Assembly: GCA_951406725.2 (NCBI GenBank)
Contig: OX597819.1
Coordinates: 72,974,001-73,038,000, forward strand
Origin: Octopus vulgaris
Lineage: Eukaryota
Length of the DNA stretch: 64,000 bases
Direction of reading: 5' to 3'
In this document: positions 54,880 to 64,000 of the stretch, in pieces
Position numbering within the stretch: the first letter of the stretch is position 1
Layout: every line of letters starts with the position of its first letter
The notes under the pieces: generated by a model
What the model was told of the DNA's origin: nothing
Databases searched by the model: none
The model's input: the letters and a program-made list of their open reading frames with translations, nothing else
Translations under genes and position numbers: made by a program

Positions 54880-55250
54880 ATAAATGGGGTTAAAAGCAGG
54901 TGTTATTCAATTTCTTTTACTTCCAATACATGTTTTGAAGATATCACTGGTATTATTCCAAAGGAATAAAATGGTGTAAAACAATGTAATCTTCTCTTCA
55001 GGGAAGTGAAGAAATGAAACTCGTCAATAAGACATTTTAACAGAAAATGATGGATATGTATAGTGATTATACATATCCATAATTTTCTGTTAAAATTTCT
55101 TATTCACAAGTTTTATTTCTTCATTTCCCAGAAGAGAAGATTACATTGTTTTACACCATTTTATTGGTTTGGAATAATACCAGTGATATCTTCAAAACAT
55201 GTATCGGAAGTAAAAGAATTTGAATAACACCTGCGTTTAACTCCATTTAT
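54880..55250. repeat. About 370-bp near-perfect palindrome with a hammerhead-like motif in each arm
   Basis: Centre near 55066. Minus arm reads cuucc-CUGAAGA-gaagauuac...gugauaucuuc-AAAA-caugua-UU-ggaag; mirrored at 55125-55209. Confidence 0.8.
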
Positions 55251-55288
55251 ATATATATATATGTTTGTATTGAAGTGAGTGACATATA

Positions 55289-55825
55289 CCGTATTTGATG
55301 GCCAAAAAGATGCACCTTTTTTACCCAAAAATGGCTTTAAAAATCCCCCTTTGTCCAGTGCACTCAATATAGGCTCAGAACTCGCTCAAAACGGTATGTA
55401 TGTTTACAAAATGTGTGCTGCCAGTGGTGAACAATCACCTAGGGTATATTATTTACATTATTTACTTAGGAAAATAACCAGAGATGATGATAGAAAGAGA
55501 ATCTAACAAGATCTAGAAAAGTTATACATGAAAGAATCTGAAATGGTGAAGACATGCCAGATTAAGAAGTTTATGAAACTCAAAGGTCATAGATAAATAA
55601 TGTACATAATTCTTCATCTCTTAAGTATAGAACTATAGCACCTAGGGTGTGTTAATAACGAATGTGGATGCAATAAATTGCTTATAATTACCAGTAATAA
55701 CATAAAGTTATACAGGTAAGAGGAGGAATTAAAACATTATATTATGGTAATTTATTTTACAAAAGTATAGCCTAGGCTAGGGTGCATCCTATGCACTCAT
55801 GTGTCTTAAAGACCATCAAAAATAG
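55289..55825. mobile_element. Tc2-like (TA-CCGTATTT) MITE with a nested insertion
   Basis: Imperfect TIRs ccgtatttgatggccaaaaagatgcac / gtgtcttaaagaccatcaaaaatag, flanked by TA. Confidence 0.55.
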
Positions 55826-57859
55826 TACTTCTGTTAATGGTGCCATTCCTCTTCCAGCTTCTGAACTGCAGATGACTAAATTTGAATGCTTCAGAACAGG
55901 TAACTCACAATACCAATAGATTTGTATCAAAGTCATTCTAACTAAGGCCAATCTGTTTGCTCTCAAACATAGTGTACATCGAACCACATTATCTAGTGCG
56001 TACTTCTTATTTTTAAATGCAGTAGAGTGATCTGAAGGAGATTTGGTTGCTATTTCTAGCAAGCTGTATGACCATACAAAGCAGTGGTTGTTGACCTTTT
56101 TTTCTTTTTTTTCTTGCCTATGGACCCCTTCCATCCTTATTCTACTCTACTGGACCCTCATACCTATTCAGTGTTTTAAATAAATCCTATTACATTTTTA
56201 TAATTGGATAATACTTCAAATTATTCTTTTACTTGTTTCAGTCACTTGACTGCGGCTGAGCACCACCTTTAGTTGGACAAATCAACCCCAGGACTTATTC
56301 TTTATAAGCCTAGTACTTATTCTATCGGTCTCTTTTGCCAAACTGCTAACTTATGAGGATGCAAACACACCAACATCGGTTGTCAAGCAATGGTGGGGAA
56401 ACAAATACATACATACATACATACATATATATATATGTGTATGTGTGTGTGTATATATATATACGACAGGCTTCTTTCAGTTTCCATCTACCAAATCCAC
56501 CCACAAGGCTTTGGTTGGCCTGTGACTATAGTAGAAGACACTTGCCCAAGGTGTCACACAGTGGGACTGAACCCAGAATTATGTGGTTGGGAAGCAAACT
56601 TCTTACAACACAGCAGCGCCTGCACCTATGTGTGTGTGTGTGCATATATATATGCATATATGTGTGTGTGTATATATGTTTGTTTGTGTTTGTCCCCCAC
56701 CACCACCACCACCATCACTTGACAACCAATGCTGGTGTGTTTGTGTCCATGTGACTTAGCAGTTCAGCAAGAGATACCAATACAATAAGTACTAGGCTTA
56801 TCAAAGTATAAGTCTTGAGGTTGATTTAAGTTGGTTCTCCTGCATGGCCACAGTCAAACAACAAACAAGTAAAATAATAAAAGAATTCTGTCACATGGTG
56901 GTAGCAGTGGTGATGGTGGTGGTGGCTGATATAGCTTTTGTTGTTTAGCCCTGATCATCCTTGATCTGGTAGACCTATGCTCAAAAGCATTCCAACCATG
57001 ACAATCCAGTCTTTTTTTTTTTTGAAGTGTAATTAAGATTGTACTCTCTGAAGTCTCTCTTCCTTTCTTTGTGTCAGTTTCGTGCATGTGTGTGATTTTA
57101 AGGAAAAGACTGAATTTTGTATAAGTGGGACCTCTTTGATCATAGGCCTGTTGGATAAACCACTGACCTAGGGTTAAATAACTACATTTAACTATTACCA
57201 TAATCACTACTACTACCATTAATTTTTTCCTTGTGAGCCAACTAAGGAGTGTCATTATGTGACCACTAACTGCTAGAAATAGCAGCCAAATCACCCTATT
57301 GTCTTCAAGATTCAGAGTACTCATGGGATAATGTGGCTCTGTGTATATTATGCCTGAAAACAGGCAAGATGGTCATGGCTAGAATATCTTTGATATCTTA
57401 TGTGGTCAGGTTGACCTGAGAGATGAACAATAAACTGCAGCAATTTTTGAGAAGATTGTTATAGATAATCACAATCTATTTATATATAAAGCTGAGTTTA
57501 CTGCAGTTTGAAAGATAAGAAGAAATAAAATTGAAGGGGTTTTTTTTTTTTTGGTCTTTTTAAACTTTTTTTTTAATCCCTAATTTTTGGCTAAGCAGAA
57601 CTTGTGGTAGTCACTATATAGTCGCAGGCATGACTTTATTATAAAAAGTTTATTTCCCAATCACATGGTTCCAGGTTCAGTCCCACTGCATGGCACTTTG
57701 AACAAGTATCTTCTACTATAGACTTGGGCTGACCAAAACCTTGTGAAGGGATTTGGTAGATGGAAAGTGAAAGAAGCCCTTCGTATGTGTGTGTGTGTGC
57801 ATTTGTCTTCGTGTTTGTCCCAAACCACTGCTTGAAGTAGTGGGGTCACTTCATTCAAA

Positions 57860-58008
57860 ATTTCTCTTTATCACAGGTTTTGTTGGTGCTCTTGGAGCCT
57901 TGCATAGCAGGCTTACTACCTGCAGCCTACGGTACCATGCTATCCGTTATCTTCAGTTATCAAATACTTTCCAGATTATTCTGGCCATGCCAAGGAGGCA
58001 AACCTTTT
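57860..58008 (-). mobile_element. R4/Dong-type LINE remnant, 3' end continuing after the CR1 insertion
   Basis: Reads KVCLLGMARIIWKVFDN*, the expected continuation of LLQK, followed by a 3' UTR. Confidence 0.75.
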
Positions 58009-58077
58009 ATAATAATAATAATAATAATTGTGTACAGTGCTCAGGTGCACTACAACTCATCTAAAGTGTATATATAA

Positions 58078-59480
58078 TCAGGTGAAGTTTCGGCGGATTT
58101 CGGAAAGCATGAGGGCCTTAAAAGATGCAGTGTCATGGCAGTCAACAACTGACGCAGGCAGTTTATTCCATGCTTCAGCAACTCTGAGCGTGAAAAAATG
58201 TTTCCGAAAGTCATGGGAGCTGTATTGTTTTCTGACTTTGTAGGCATGTCCACGTGTGTTAGACACATGGAGATCAAAAAGGTGTTCAGTGTTGTTGTTG
58301 GTGAGGTGGTTGATAACTTTGTGGGTGTTTACCAAGTCCGTCGCCAAACGCCGGAGCTTCAGTGAATCCATGCCCAGGGAAACAAGGCGCTCAGAATATG
58401 GTAGGTGTCTGATGGAGGGTATGCGTTTGGTTGCACGTCTCTGGACAGATTCCAGGAGGTCAATGTTCTGTGCAAGATAGGGGTTCCAAACTGATGATGC
58501 GAATTCCAAGTGTGGTCGTACCATAGCTGTATACAGTTTTAAATAGATGGCTGGAGAGCGGCTAACAAAAGACCTGCTGAGTGATGCCAAGACACCCTCG
58601 GCCTTCCTGACAATCTTAGAGATATGCTTTGACCAACGCAAATCACTGCTGACAGTGATGCCTAGGTCACGCTCGCAAGAGGATTTCTTGATATCAGTGT
58701 TGTGGAGGGAGTATGTGAACGCAGGGTTTTTTCTCCCAAAATGCATGGTGGTACACTTGTCCACAGCCAGTTTCAGTTGCCAGTCTGTGATCCATTGCTG
58801 CATTGTGTCTAGGTCTGATTGCAGGAAAGAGTTGTAGACATCAGGATCTGTCCTCTTGATTTCAAGGTACAGCTTGATGTCGTCTGCATATTTCAATACT
58901 GTGGCATTCTTTAAATTGGCATCTATGTCGTTAATGTATGCCACAAACAAGAGGGGGCCTAGGACAGATCCCTGTGGTACACCCGATGACATCTCATATG
59001 GTGTAGAGTGCTGTCCTAGAACTGTGACTACCTCCTTTCGGCTGAGGATGAAGGATTTCAACCAGTTAAAAAGGTCATCCCCCACACCCATTGCAGAGAG
59101 TTTCACCATAAGCCTTTTGTGTGGCACAGAGTTGAAAGCCTTAGCAAAGTCAAGGTAGACAACATCCACCCATGAGCCACTGTCAGTAATCTGAGTAATG
59201 TCCTCAAGGAACTCGACAAGCTGGTCACTGCAGCTGGAGTTAGGGACAAATCCATATTGTGAGGGTCGGATGAGACTGTGAGAGCTCCAGAAGTTCCAGA
59301 GTGTTTCTCTGACACACGATTCCATCAGTTTTGCAATACAGCTAGTGAGACTGACTGGGCGATAGTTGACAGGTGATGTGCGGTCGCCCTTTTTGAACAG
59401 AGGAATGACACTGGCAGTTTTCCACTGCTCCGGAGTAGCACCATTGTTGAGACAGTACTGGAAGAAAATAGAAAGCTGGT
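58078..59480 (-). pseudogene. CR1 ORF2 reverse transcriptase and C-terminal domain
   Basis: Motifs PLFKKG..NYRPVSLTS, YLDFAKAFNSVPH, GVPQGSVLGPLLF, YADD, RDLG, VRPHLE, QRRATK, TRGH, RV...WNKLP. A second frameshift lies near 59480. Confidence 0.95.
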
Positions 59481-59851
59481 GTAAAGGAAGTGCCTGCCAC
59501 GTTTGAGAAGCAGGTATGTAACTCCATCGAGACCAGGGGAGGCATAGTTGCGCTTATTTTGAAGGTGACGTCGCAGCATTGCAGGTGTAAATTCCATAGT
59601 TGTTATGGAGTTTGCTGTTAGTGATGGTGAAGATGGTACATTTTGACTTTCAACAGTGAATATGTTTGCATAGCACTCGGCAATGAGTTCTGCGCATTCC
59701 TTGGGGTCGTCAGTGATCTGGTTTGTGTGAGGGTTGCGAAGAGGGCCCACTGGAGAGTGAGGTCTCTGCTTTGAGTGCACATATTTCCAGAAAACCTTGC
59801 TGTCAGGATTGGCTGCTATGCACTGTTCAAATTCAAGCACTGCTTTTTTTG

Positions 59852-60841
59852 TCACTTGCTTGAGATGGTTGGAGGATTTATTCCGCTTCTTCCTGTTGGT
59901 GTCTGATTTATGCAACCTGTATTCCCGTTCAGCAGTCCGACGTTCCCTCCTGGCAAGTCGGACCGCTGAAGTTTCCCAAATTGCCCTTTTGGGGCGGTTC
60001 TTCTTTTTTGTTTACGTGGCACTGATGCTGCACATGCTGCCCATATTGAGTCCAGGATACTCTGGAGTATAGTATTCACATCTCCAGAGTTGTAGAATTC
60101 ACGCCAGTTTGGGTGCTGTAGTTCAGTGTGGTACAGGTTCCAATCTGCTCTCTTCCAATCGAAGGAAGCAGATTGGAGATGGTTCAGGTTTTTGTTGCCC
60201 GCAAGAGCCAGATTGGCGATGATCATAGCATGATCAGAGTCACCTAGAGGTTCCTCCGTAGTGCAATTGATAACCGCTTCAGGAGTTGTGGTGAAGAGCA
60301 GGTCCAAGGTGTTGTCGCCTCTTGTTGGAGAGGTGACTACTTGTGACCAGTTTGAGTCCAGCACAAGCTCAACAAAATCGTTTGCACTCTGTGGCCAATG
60401 GAAGGTCTCCCAATCGATCTCAGGATGATTGAAATCGCCTGCAATAAACACATAAGTGGCTGTTTTCCTGGCAGCAGCTCGGAGGACATTGCAAAGCTGT
60501 GTGTCCCGATGGTAACTTGGGGGACGATAAACAACGCCAAGCAGGAGTGTTGACATGGTCATACGCACGTCACAGAAAAAAACTTCTTCTTGTGATTCGT
60601 TCAAATCGGCACAAGGAATTACCAAAAAATTTGAACGAACGTAGACCATCACACCACCACCACGGCGGTTAGTGCGGTCCTTACGGAAGAGGTTGTACCC
60701 CGTAATGTTGAAAACCCCATCACAGAGTAAGGAATGCGCCCATGTTTCCGTGACAGTGATGAAGTCAGGGTCAACACTTCTGACGTAGGCGTTGAACAAA
60801 TGTATTTTGTTGCATAAACTGCGAGCATTTAAGGACAACAA
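59852..60841 (-). pseudogene. CR1 ORF2 apurinic-endonuclease (APE) domain
   Basis: Motifs LNARSL, VTETW, GGGV, VYRPP, GDFNHP, PTRGDNTLDL, SDH. Frameshift near the 3' end of this ORF. Confidence 0.92.
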
Positions 60842-60897
60842 TTTGTACCCTGCTCGCAGTTTATGATGGTGTGTAGAGGATGGCAGGTTGTTCTGGC

Positions 60898-62060
60898 TTA
60901 GTTTCCCTGAGTTGCTGTAGTTTTTTTAGTTATTGTGGGTAGAGAGCACTCAGACCAGCTGGTATCTCTCTTCCACGTTTCAGCAGTCTTGACAAATCTC
61001 CAGATTTGTCCATCTTCCCGAAGACTGAAGCTTTCCTGTAGAGCTGAGTTCCTATTCAGGGAAGCCACTACACGTAGCTTTGGGCGTACATCGGATGGTA
61101 AGCCTGGGCGTGTTCGGAAGGTGGTCCGATTTTCCCGCCCAGCTTTAACTGAGGCCAGATGGTAAGAGGTTGCCTCAGTGGGGTCCGTAAAAGACAACTT
61201 GATGAGCCTAGGTTTTGGGCCAGGTCGTCCAAGGCGGATAGCACCCGTTGGGGGAACGCAGCCTAGGTCTTTGGCTGAGTTGGCAGCAAAAGCCTGAAGA
61301 TCAGCCATGTCTTCTGGCACCCCAATGGCAATGACTTCATGGGTGGCAGAATCCGCGGTCTTAAATGCGACAAGAGGTACAGGTACAGGGAGGTTCTTTA
61401 GCAGAGCATTCCGATAAGACCCCTCATTGTGGAGTCCAACCTGAATGGTTGCTTTTATTCCTGCTACTTCCCCTTTTAAAGCACAGATTGATTGTTGCAG
61501 TTCTGCAAGAACCGCACTGGTCAATTGGTGTTGTTGTTGTTGCTGCTGTTGCTCTGGTTGTGGTTGATTTTGTTGTTGCTGTTGTTGTTGTTGATGTTGT
61601 TGTTGCTGCTGCTCTGGTTGTGGTTGATTTTGTTGTTGCTGCTGCTCTGGTTGTGGTTGATTTTGTTGTTGCTGCTGCTGCTGCTCTAGTTGTTGCTGTT
61701 GCTGTTGTTGTTGCTGCTGCTCTGGTTGTGGTTGATTTTGTTGTTGCTGCTGTTGCTGTTCCGCCTCCTCCACGGGAGTGGCAGGGGGAGACACAATCGT
61801 CGGTTGTGGAGGCACGCAGGCCTGACACTGAAAAGTCCAAGATTTAAGCTGAACCATCTTCCAGAGTCTATCCATCATAGCATTATGATGGCTCTTTTTT
61901 GGCCTGGGATCTTCTGAAAGTCCGTGGCACATTGGAGGCAGACAGAGATGAGACATGTCCCACATTCGACCCAGCGATTACGGAACGTATTTTCGGGTTC
62001 CGTACAGATGTGGCAGGTGTGATTTTCTGGGCAGTGTTCTATTTTAGAGCAGCGACCAGT
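60898..62060 (-). pseudogene. CR1 ORF1: PHD-like zinc finger, Q-rich linker, coiled coil, C-terminal domain
   Basis: CHIC...WVECGTC...VCLQC in one frame continues as WTFQCQAC in another; the frameshift is probably at the A6 run near 61895-61900. Then EQnNQPQP repeats, LAELQQSICALKGEV, and IRLGRPGPKPRLIKLSF (typical of CR1/L2 ORF1). Ends QGN*. Confidence 0.8.
61525..61762 (-). repeat. CAA/CAG polyglutamine minisatellite encoding (E-Qn-NQPQP) units inside ORF1
   Basis: On the + strand ctctggttgtggttgattttg recurs four times between ttg/ctg runs. Confidence 0.95.
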
Positions 62061-62365
62061 CTTTTGTAGCAGTTCTACCAGGCACTCTATTCCAATTTCC
62101 CTTATATTCCCCTTGATGCCTTCTGATACTGTCCCCGTGAACCCAACAATAATTGACACTGTCTTCACCTTCTTCATTTTCCATAGCCAGGCTATTTCGT
62201 ACTTAAGAGGGTTGTATTTATCTATCTTTACGCCTTCCTTCTTGACTATTTGTGAGTCAAAGGAGCATGCAACATCAGCTATATAGCATGTGTGGTGCAC
62301 CTTGTCCACCACCACTCAGTCTGATCTGTTATGCTCTAACACCTGATCTGTTTGAAGTGGGAAAT
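62061..62365 (-). mobile_element. R4/Dong-type (restriction-like endonuclease) LINE remnant, part upstream of the CR1 insertion
   Basis: Translates VVVDKVHHTCYIADVACSFD...KIDKYNPLKYEIAWLWKMKKV..VSIIVGFTG...VELLQK, a PD-(D/E)xK REL domain pattern. Confidence 0.8.
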
Positions 62366-62394
62366 CCCATTATTATTATTATTACTACTACTAC

Positions 62395-62748
62395 TACCAC
62401 CTCTGCCTTAGTGAATGCAGAGGTATTGTTTTCAGTCATGTTTGTTTGTTTGTCTGTGGACAAGATATCTCGAGAACTACTGGATGGATTTGGATGAAAC
62501 TTTTAGGGATGTTTGGCTACATGACTGGCACGAACTGATTAGATTTTGCAATTGATCCAGTACTGGATTATTTCTCCTGTTTATTTAATTTTTGAGAGCG
62601 GTCGGGTTAATTTTTAGTAGTTTCATTTGTGAGAGCAGTCGTGTTTATTTCAGATATTCTCATTTTAAAAATCATCTCTGTCTATTCGTTGAGATTACGT
62701 TGGTGTTGCCTTGGCAGAGGTTTGCACTCTCTGAGTGCTCTTGTAGTT
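62395..62748 (+). mobile_element. Helentron-associated (HINE/DINE-1-like) non-autonomous element
   Basis: Subterminal inverted repeats acctctgcc/ggcagaggt, (gttt)n-gtct microsatellite, 3' hairpin gcactc-tct-gagtgc, ends tagtt. Confidence 0.7.
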
Positions 62749-63149
62749 GTTGTTGTTGTTGTTGTTGCTAAGGTAGTGAATTGGCAGAATCATTAGCACT
62801 CTAGGTAAAATGCTTTTGCAGTGTTTTGTCTACCTTTTCATTCTGAGTTCAAATTTCTCCACAGTTGACTTCACCTTTCATTGTTTCAGGGGTTGATTAA
62901 AATAAGCACCAATTGAGCACCTGGAATGCTTAACAGCATTTCTTCCATCTTGATGCTCTCAGTTCAAATTCTGCCAAGGTGTCATGGTTGACTTTGCCTT
63001 TCAGCATTTTGAGGTCAATAACATAAGTACCAGTTGCATGCTAGGGATTGCTGTAATCACCCAACATCCTCCTTCTCACAAAATTTCTGACCTTGTGCCT
63101 ATAATAGCAAGAATTATTATTATTTTGTCTTTTTTTTTTCATCTAACAG

Positions 63150-63236
63150 AAGAGAAAATCTCTGAAGCCACATCAAAAATCATTGATTGTAAACAGGAAT
63201 TACAAGAAGCTAAAAGAATCAGGAAAAACAGACAAG
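63150..63236 (+). CDS. THOC7: THO complex subunit 7, internal coding exon (87 nt, phase 1 to 1)
   Basis: Polypyrimidine tract plus ctaacag acceptor, donor gtaaat. Translates (E)EKISEATSKIIDCKQELQEAKRIRKNRQ(E); AKRIRKNRQE is the THOC7 signature. Confidence 0.93.
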
Positions 63237-64000
63237 GTAAATAAAATCATTGTTGTTAGTATCACTGGTATTGTCACTGTGTATTCTTATACATCAATTT
63301 CATTTCAGTTTTAATGTTGGAGTTTGCTAATAAGCTCATCCACAGGTACTGGCTATCAGGCCATCGTCTTTGTTTAATGTCCTTTCATGCTAGTAAACCA
63401 GAGTATCCACTGTCTCCTTTGGCGTGGTTTTTATGACTGGATGAACTTCCTAACACCAGCCACTTTACTGAATGAACTGAGTGGTTTTTACATGGCACCA
63501 GCAAGGCCACCAAGTAACTTGCATAAAGGAATCAATAATTTTACTGATGATATAGCTGAAAATCCATAAATATCCATTGATTTTTATATAATTATTAACG
63601 ATAATGCAGTGAACAGTTCATTTTATTACATAATTTTACACAATTCATCATCATCATCATCATTGTTTAATGTCCATTTTCCATGCTGACATGGGTTGGA
63701 TGGTTTGACTGAGGTCTGGAGAGCCAGCGGCTGCACCAAGCTCCAATCTGGTCTGGCAATGTTTCTACCGCTGGATGCCCTTCCTAATGCCAACCACTCC
63801 AAGAGTGTCATGGGTGCTTTTCACATGCCACCAGCACAAGAGCCAGGCAGGCAGGCCTAGCATAGATGGCATTTGGATAATGCTTTTTACATGCCACCAG
63901 CACGGGATCCAGTCAAGGGGCACTGACATCAACCACATTCAGATGATGCATTTTACATGCCACTGGAATGGGAGCCAGTCAAGGGGCACTAGCCACAGTT

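Larger units (their letters stand above)
58009..62060 (-). mobile_element. CR1-clade LINE, near full length (slightly 5'-truncated), with frameshifts; antisense in a THOC7 intron
   Basis: ORF1, then APE and RT domains, short 3' UTR and (ATT)n tail. Flanked by a CTTTT duplication (58004-58008 and 62061-62065) inside an R4-type element. Confidence 0.92.

Noticed and set aside
253-57324. Dozens of 60-160 aa ORFs in the supplied track (YIYI, SLSL, CVCV, VEDTCPRCH types)
   Set aside because: They are translations of microsatellites and SINE or RTE-tail copies, with no splice or protein-family support.
61365-61917. Poly-V/A, poly-L and poly-T ORFs
   Set aside because: Alternative frames and strand of the ORF1 CAA/CAG tract.

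Overview
AT-rich, repeat-dense animal genomic DNA. The SINE, MITE and microsatellite content suggests a coleoid cephalopod such as Octopus (inference). One host gene is recognisable: three coding exons of THOC7 (THO complex subunit 7) on the + strand (42083-42203, 44608-44735, 63150-63236). All three have canonical AG/GT sites and matching phases. The first coding exon was not located with confidence and the 3' exons lie beyond the window. Most of the rest is transposon-derived: a near-full-length CR1 LINE (PHD/polyQ ORF1, APE-RT ORF2) nested in an R4/Dong-type LINE remnant; RTE, RTE-X and Hero-type LINE fragments; mariner and Tc1 remnants; Helitron, Helentron, piggyBac, hAT and Tc2-type non-autonomous elements; a probable solo LTR; and several tRNA-derived SINE families. 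The most striking signal is about a dozen minimal type-I hammerhead ribozyme motifs of the Penelope-like-element type, in several sequence families, mostly fold-back elements. One family joins a tRNA-derived Pol III head to a hammerhead and has target-site duplications. The CR1 ORF1/ORF2 junction also carries a G_GGA_AAC -1 slippery site followed by a perfect 15-bp hairpin. Most short ORFs in the supplied track are translations of repeats. All calls were read by eye and repeat boundaries are approximate.
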